Shown in pieces: positions 58,415 through 64,000 of a DNA stretch of 64,000 nucleotides. Every line of letters begins with the position of its first letter. Position 1 is the stretch's first letter. Location of the stretch: positions 225,044 to 289,043 of the forward strand of contig JACPBB010000002.1 of assembly GCA_016180525.1 (NCBI GenBank). The letters run 5' to 3'. A program made the translations under genes and the position numbers. Source of the stretch: Parcubacteria group bacterium. GTDB taxonomy: Bacteria; Patescibacteriota; Minisyncoccia; Phycocordibacterales; UBA2135. The notes beneath the pieces are model-generated. The model did no database searches. It was not told where the DNA came from and saw only the letters and a list, made by a program, of their open reading frames with translations.

Positions 58415-59326
58415 GTGGCAAAAAGTCCGCTCGTTTCATTTACAGAGTTTCTTGCGCTCGTGAAGTCGGGATCTATCGGGGAGACAGTTCTTGTGCCCGC
58501 GGTGCCGCTTTTCTATGAGATAGGAACTGATAAGTTTTGGGAAATAGAGATTGATGATGACCCGCTTGTTGCCGTTAATAAGGCCGGTAGAAAATATTTT
58601 CAGGAGTCTAGCCTAGACTGGCGCTGGCCGGCAGGAGGGCTTGCGATTATCCTTGCGCTCAAAGACAACCAAAATGTTCTCATTGCGCTTCACAGAGACG
58701 CAGGGGCTCCATCTAACCCGGATTGCGATACGATTGCGGCAGGACTCGGTTCGTCTGTTGAAGATATGTGTTATCCGCTTCGTCTTGCGTTTCGCGAAGG
58801 AATGGAAGAAGTTCTTGTAAAAACTCCGCACGGAGTTTTATATCCGCACCTGCAAGATGATCCGTTTGGACACTCGCTTGCGCTTAAAAATATTGTTGAA
58901 AGTACCGCAAGGGCAATTTTTAATTTATCAGTTTCTAACTTTATACCAGGGGAAGCATTTATCCTTGAGACGCCCGCGGAAGAGGATGTTCGGGTAAAGT
59001 GGCGCGGTGTATCATATCTCTCCCGAGGAATTGTTCTCTTAGATCCAAAAACGCACGGAATAGATGTAATCAAGGTGCTTATCATGCACGCTCCATGCAC
59101 ACTTGATGAACTTACTGTCTGTGACGGCGAGTGTATTGACGGCGTGCCAATTCATCGAAGCGTGTATGCGTACGAACTTGATGAGGATCATTGCCCCACG
59201 GGGAAAATCATAGCCGGATGGAAGGCTGGCGCGCGACTTTCTGCCTCTCAAATACCCGCCACCCAGAAACAAACTCCAACATTAGAAAAAGCTCTTTGGG
59301 CGCTCGGACTTTATAGACCAGCGTAG
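58415..59326 (+). CDS. Hypothetical protein with Nudix-like box
   Basis: RD..AP...G...A.RE..EEV; GGAGG RBS before GTG. Confidence 0.55.
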   Translation: MAKSPLVSFTEFLALVKSGSIGETVLVPAVPLFYEIGTDKFWEIEIDDDPLVAVNKAGRKYFQESSLDWRWPAGGLAIILALKDNQNVLIALHRDAGAPSNPDCDTIAAGLGSSVEDMCYPLRLAFREGMEEVLVKTPHGVLYPHLQDDPFGHSLALKNIVESTARAIFNLSVSNFIPGEAFILETPAEEDVRVKWRGVSYLSRGIVLLDPKTHGIDVIKVLIMHAPCTLDELTVCDGECIDGVPIHRSVYAYELDEDHCPTGKIIAGWKAGARLSASQIPATQKQTPTLEKALWALGLYRPA

Positions 59327-59469
59327 TGAGAAAATCGTACAGTGCGAATGGTTCAACCCGTTCGCATTTTTATTAGGCCACAGGGCCACTTTTGCTTGAC
59401 AGGATATCTATATCATGCTAGAAATGGCACAGAATAACGCATAGCAACTTTGGCGAAGGAGTTCTGCAC

Positions 59470-59886
59470 ATGCAGACCGTGAAAACAGTTACAGTGCAAC
59501 AGCGAGGCACATACAGCATTTATTACTCTCACGGAGACGACAGTCCGGATTTGTTTGCGCTTGATTGGGCGTTTACGCCAACCGACGGCATATCTAAAAA
59601 CGATGGCAAGCCCGCCGAGCACAAATGGTTTTCGTCGGTGAAAGAGGGACAGCGCTGGTGGCCACACAATGAAACAGATGAAAAAATGCATGAGGTGCTT
59701 CTCGAACATTTCGGTCTTGCCGAGTGGAAAGAACAGTATCCGCTTAAGGAGATGAAGTTGATGTCCCCGCGGATGCTTGCTCGTGAGCGATTGGAAAAAG
59801 AGAGAAAGAATCCAAGGTTAGAGAAGCATAAAATGAAAAGCGATACTGCTGGATTTCCGATTCTCGCCAAAGAGTACCGCGACTAA
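59470..59886 (+). CDS. Hypothetical protein
   Basis: AAGGAG RBS, TTGACA promoter upstream, terminator downstream. Confidence 0.65.
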   Translation: MQTVKTVTVQQRGTYSIYYSHGDDSPDLFALDWAFTPTDGISKNDGKPAEHKWFSSVKEGQRWWPHNETDEKMHEVLLEHFGLAEWKEQYPLKEMKLMSPRMLARERLEKERKNPRLEKHKMKSDTAGFPILAKEYRD

Positions 59887-59948
59887 GATTTAGAAATTAA
59901 GCGCACACACGTGCGCTTTTTTTAACACGAGTTCTTTTGCTCTACTCA

Positions 59949-60088
59949 AAACTGCCGGGCTTGGAATCTCACTGCTCAGCCGATGGCCATCGGCTTGCGC
60001 TCACGAACTCAGCGGTTCGTGGGCTCCGCCGCGGGGAAACTCCCGTTTCCCCGACCCCCTTCACGTTCTCGTCCAGCCCGGCAGTTTT
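59949..60088. repeat. tRNA-3'-end-mirroring structured element (Gln copy)
   Basis: Ends CTGCCGGGCTTGGA and TCCAGCCCGGCAG copy the tRNA-Gln 3' end; core is homologous to 29518-29645. Confidence 0.8.
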
Positions 60089-60208
60089 TCACTGCGTTCA
60101 AAACTGGCCGTCTTGAGTTAGAACTATTGACGGTTAAGTCCCGCTTACTCGGTTTAATTTTCTTTTCGCTTATCAAAACGACGTGTCTCGTGCGAGTTAA
60201 AGAACGTG

Positions 60209-60538
60209 TTACTTAAGCCACTTTGGTTTTAGCTCATCAACATCGTGCGCGTCGAGGTATTCTGAAGCATCTCTTTTCCTTTTTAGCCCCAAGTGATCCA
60301 ATTGTTCTGCTTTTTCAGCAATTTCTCCAGCTTCGTCACGCTGTACAAACCTGCCCGTACTTGTCATAAAACCATCTTCGGGTTTCGTATCATAATCGGA
60401 CCAATCAGGACGTTCCTCCTCCATAGCAATAACGGCATCCATATGAGTGTTGCCTGTAAATATCTGCCCACCTAACCTAATTGCAGAGGCAGTGATTTTT
60501 TCTATTTTGGGAGTGAATTTTTCTAGGCCACCTTCCAT
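60209..60538 (-). CDS. Hypothetical protein resembling a small phage protein family
   Basis: SAI...G..H and GF.TSTGRFV.R.EA..IA motifs; start uncertain. Confidence 0.55.
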   Translation of the reverse strand: MEGGLEKFTPKIEKITASAIRLGGQIFTGNTHMDAVIAMEEERPDWSDYDTKPEDGFMTSTGRFVQRDEAGEIAEKAEQLDHLGLKRKRDASEYLDAHDVDELKPKWLK

Positions 60539-60610
60539 AAATATAGTATAGCCCTTAACCTTAGATAAATTCAAATAAACGCACCTCGTGCGCGATTACC
60601 TGTCACGAGT

Positions 60611-60626
60611 TGGTTGCCGGGCTTGG
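60611..60626 (-). repeat. Copy of a tRNA-Gln 3' end including CCA (att-like)
   Basis: Reverse complement CCAAGCCCGGCA-A-CCA. Confidence 0.7.
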
Positions 60627-60694
60627 TATCCTTCGCTACCCCCCTTCGCCAAGGCTTCGGAGGTCAAGAAAGCTTCGGAATACCTCTTTTGCGC

Positions 60695-60877
60695 TTAGTC
60701 ATCTTTCTTCAAGGCTTCAGTGTTCAATAGTCTTTTATACGCAAAAGCCTTTCCAGAACCTGATTTTAAATATCGCTCAAAATCTTTGGCAAGTTTCTGT
60801 CTTTTCCGCAAATCTTCTGTATAACCATAATAAAAATTCTTAGATTTTGAGCTCCATAAAATGTAGACATAATGCAT
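60695..60877 (-). pseudogene. Internally deleted GIY-YIG gene flanked by TTCGCCAAGGCTTC inverted repeats
   Basis: MHYVYIL.S....FY.GYTEDL..R is fused directly to A..FERYLKSGSG; the central HN.G...PW segment is missing. Confidence 0.75.
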
Positions 60878-61012
60878 AGCTTTAGTCGTTCTGAAGCCTT
60901 GGCGAAAGACGACTGACTACCTCAGTTTAGAACCCCACACCTTGAGACCTTGTAAGGATTCTTTGGGTACTTCCAGTGTAGCAAATTGAGGCATCTCAAT
61001 CAGACCTGTTTT

Positions 61013-62299
61013 TTATCGCTTATGGTATTCCCAAACTTTGTAGACCCGAGTCAAAAAACCTATATTCCCAACAGACTCTTTGAATTCCTTATCTAATGTC
61101 GCAGTTCCATCAGGTTTTCGATTTATTCCCATAAAATGCATCTCTGTTCTTTCCGGCGATGCGGCCAATATCATTACTTGTTCTTTTTTATTTTTTTGAA
61201 GCCGAGGAGGCACTAAATCTTCACCTTCTTTCGGCAGCTCACCCAACCACATCTCACCGACTATTAACACAGCTGCGCAGTGCGTTTCTTCTACTTTCTC
61301 AGCAATACGCTCAGCCATTAAATAACGGTCTTCTGGTTTATCCATCTGTATGCGGATTATTTCAGGGTGTCGATCGGGAAAATATAAAAATGCGACAGGG
61401 TCCACATAACCATCAATACTAAACAAATGTTTGGCTGTCTCAATGTGGTACCTTACTTGACTGAAAGGGAGATCTTTTCCTCCCGTATTCATCAGAGCCA
61501 TTATTTCTTTTGGTACGCCATAACGTTTCTTGGCACGTTCGTAGTGTGTTTCATCGCTACCAGATATTTTGTCAAAAAGAGAAACTGATCTTTCTTTGGG
61601 AGTAAGAATTGTATTTTGACTATAATGAACTTTAAGGATGCGTCCCTTTTTCACGTCGTTCCGAATGGTAATCATGAAATCCTGACCTGGTTTTACAAAA
61701 GTATTATGATCACAAACCATGGGATTTACACTGCATACCACATGAGCGTCATAAACTATCTTTGTGAGGATGGAGAGACAATAAATCAAGACATCAGTTA
61801 TTTCGGCTTTCGGGAAACTCTCTACAACCCATTTGCGCTCTGCTTCGATAATTGTCTCGTCTTTGTAATGCTTAGGTAACTTTAGTTTTACTACTTTTTT
61901 GAAGTTTACTACCGCTTCTTCTAGAGAAACATATGGGTTAAGTACCGCTGCAAAAAGAACTTGGTCTAAATGATTTTTTATCCTCAATGTGAGATGACTT
62001 TCCTTTTCTAGGTCCCCTCTCTTAACTACATAGTTACGGGCATCTACGAGCCAGCGTAAAATTTTGTCTGTTTTCATTTTCGCTTGGTATGGCGCGTACC
62101 AATTATCAAAATCTGGAATTTTTGACTTCTCTGACTGAAGAATAAAAGTTATGTTGCGTAGGGCTTGTACCAAGTCGTTGAGTGCCGTTGTGAACTCCTC
62201 TGGTTTCTGATATTGGATCCCTATTTCTTCAAACATTGAAAAGGCCTGATTCAGGCGTCTATGAGTCTGTGGGAGTGAACAAACGGATTTACTACTCAT
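61013..62299 (-). CDS. Hypothetical protein (428 aa), island cargo; helical N-terminus possibly HEPN-like
   Basis: Long ORF directly downstream of tRNA-Gln; LN..VQALR.ITF.LQ...W....RN motif. Confidence 0.7.
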   Translation of the reverse strand: MSSKSVCSLPQTHRRLNQAFSMFEEIGIQYQKPEEFTTALNDLVQALRNITFILQSEKSKIPDFDNWYAPYQAKMKTDKILRWLVDARNYVVKRGDLEKESHLTLRIKNHLDQVLFAAVLNPYVSLEEAVVNFKKVVKLKLPKHYKDETIIEAERKWVVESFPKAEITDVLIYCLSILTKIVYDAHVVCSVNPMVCDHNTFVKPGQDFMITIRNDVKKGRILKVHYSQNTILTPKERSVSLFDKISGSDETHYERAKKRYGVPKEIMALMNTGGKDLPFSQVRYHIETAKHLFSIDGYVDPVAFLYFPDRHPEIIRIQMDKPEDRYLMAERIAEKVEETHCAAVLIVGEMWLGELPKEGEDLVPPRLQKNKKEQVMILAASPERTEMHFMGINRKPDGTATLDKEFKESVGNIGFLTRVYKVWEYHKR

Positions 62300-62352
62300 A
62301 TGAAATTTGTGAGATTACTGGCATCTCAGTCACCTGACTTAGCATAAGCTTC

Positions 62353-62423
62353 CTGCCGGGCTTGGACTCGAACCAAGATAAATAGATCCAGAGTCTATTG
62401 TCCTACCGTTAGACGACCCGGCA
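62353..62423 (-). tRNA. tRNA-Gln(CUG)
   Basis: TGCCGGG...CCCGGCA-G; anticodon arm ATAGA-CTCTGGA-TCTAT. Confidence 0.92.
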
Positions 62424-62645
62424 ATGTTATTAATCTATACTAAAATCAAGCTTGTTTCAATAATGAGAGAATAGCAATATTTAATGTGTTAAAATAAACT
62501 CATAGAAACAATACAATCAGAAAAATGGCCGCGGTTTGTAGAAATGGTGGGGAAATGGTGTCACTCCTTCGTCCTCCTACGCTGAAGCTTTGGAAGGACT
62601 ACGGACGGGCAAGCAGGTACCTTTTTCTGTAAAAAATAGATTTAA

Positions 62646-62711
62646 ACCCCCACACCTATCGAGTAATTCTTAACGTGCGCTACGGCGCTATTGCTCGATA
62701 GGTGTGGGGGT
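62646..62711. repeat. Long palindrome (REP/MITE-like)
   Basis: ACCCCCACACCTATCGAG...CTCGATAGGTGTGGGGGT. Confidence 0.7.
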
Positions 62712-62982
62712 AAACATTTCGCCGTAGCTCTAAATTCCGCAACACAACATCCTTACATTCTCCCCAAGTAGTAGAGCAAAGCTCACTACGGGGCAGGCAA
62801 GTATGTAAGGATGTTGTTTGAGGGGGTTGTGGTTTGGGGGAGGAGGGGCGGGCGGGGTTTTGCGCTTGAACTTGAAATAGAACGTTTTTGCGCGCCCACG
62901 CAAAGGCAAAAAATTGACTTTTGCGCTTCAGGGTGTGATTATGGGGAAATAATATGTCTAAAACCAATTTAATGAAGTAAAT

Positions 62983-64000
62983 ATGCAAAAACTTTTTGCA
63001 AATTACATTCAATCTGTCTCCACTAAATTTTCTCACAAGGAGACAAGCGAAATGGGCTACCGCACCGATTTTGAGAGTTTACTCAAGGGAATTTTTGAAT
63101 CCATAAATGTAAAACGAATTGACCACGACGCTCGCGCAAAACAAGGGAATAAGCCAGATTTTGTTCTTTATAATCATGAAATACCAATTTTATATATTGA
63201 AGCAAAAGATATTGGTGTTTCTCTAGATAAGGTTGAAAAGTCGGAGCAGATGGCGAGATACTACGGCTACACAAATTTGGTCCTTACGGATTATGTAGAA
63301 TTTCGTTTTTATAGAAACGGTGAACCATATGAAGAGCCAATAAAAATAGCAAATTATGATTTAAAAAACAGAACGATTACACCAATTTCGGAAAATTATG
63401 AACATGCCACCAAAACACTTTTAGATTTTACGCAATCGCAAAAGGAGCCGATAACATCTGGACAGCACCTTGCAAAAATTATGGGAGGAAGAGCGCAGAG
63501 AATCAGAGATAATGTGAAACAGCTTCTTGCGGCGGAATCGGGCAAAGATGCTGAAATTAATCGTGTGTATGAAGCGGTTAAAAAATTTCTTGTTCATGAC
63601 CTTACGCTAGATACTTTTGCTGATATGTATGCGCAAACACTCGTGTACGGACTTTTTGTGGCTCGCTTTCATGATGAAACGCAAAAAGATTTTTCTCGCC
63701 AAGAAGCGCGCGATCTTGTTCCTGCGTCTAACCCATTTCTCGGACATTTCTTTGACCACATTGCAGGCCGTAATTTTGAGAAACGACTTGGGTATATTGT
63801 AGATGAACTGTGCGAAATTTTTTCTCACGCAAACGTTAAAGAGCTAATGAAACAATACTTTAAAGATGATCTGTGGGGGCAAAAGCACGAAGGACCTGAC
63901 CCGGTTATTCATTTTTATGAAGATTTTTTGAAAGAATATGACGCAGACCTCCGCAAAAACAGGGGGGCATATTATACACCCCTACCCGTTGTGCGGTTTA
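62983..64000 (+). CDS. Type ISP/IIG restriction-modification enzyme (nuclease plus N6-adenine MTase), partial
   Basis: Manual translation MQKLFANY...KPDF...YIEAKD...MYAQTLVYGLF...DPVIHFYEDFL..YD...R..RGAYYTP; runs off the window end so it is absent from the ORF track. Confidence 0.88.
   Translation, partial: MQKLFANYIQSVSTKFSHKETSEMGYRTDFESLLKGIFESINVKRIDHDARAKQGNKPDFVLYNHEIPILYIEAKDIGVSLDKVEKSEQMARYYGYTNLVLTDYVEFRFYRNGEPYEEPIKIANYDLKNRTITPISENYEHATKTLLDFTQSQKEPITSGQHLAKIMGGRAQRIRDNVKQLLAAESGKDAEINRVYEAVKKFLVHDLTLDTFADMYAQTLVYGLFVARFHDETQKDFSRQEARDLVPASNPFLGHFFDHIAGRNFEKRLGYIVDELCEIFSHANVKELMKQYFKDDLWGQKHEGPDPVIHFYEDFLKEYDADLRKNRGAYYTPLPVVRF

Noticed and set aside
62820-62860. G-rich tract with G-quadruplex potential upstream of the RM gene
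   Set aside because: Single occurrence with no supporting context.

Overview
This is a 64-kb chromosomal window from a small-genome bacterium using the standard genetic code. The gene content points to Patescibacteria/CPR, Parcubacteria-like (inference): a complete type IV pilus/competence cluster, many peptidases, tRNA-Ile(UAU), a short prfB and numerous near-leaderless genes. Core genes include smpB with tmRNA, ftsH, recG, comF, pilMNO/pilB/pilT/pilC/pilins/pilD, ligA, gatCA, prfB, ftsEX and pyrG, plus 8 intact tRNAs, a tyrosine phenol-lyase and the start of a type ISP/IIG restriction-modification gene. The most striking signals are non-coding and centre on stable-RNA genes. (1) Two integrase-less single-gene cassettes with near-identical arms sit in tandem at the tmRNA 3' end, with half-site spacing reminiscent of large serine recombinase att sites. 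(2) A complete tRNA-Ile(UAU) is nested inside the anticodon loop of a second, split tRNA-Ile(UAU). (3) A conserved ~130-nt structured element has termini that mirror the 3' end of whichever tRNA it follows (Ser or Gln). (4) A three-copy covarying two-hairpin motif and small GIY-YIG genes sit beside tmRNA/tRNAs. (5) Heptamer-repeat hairpins abut start codons, especially in the pilus cluster. All calls come from reading the sequence; no database searches or folding programs were run.
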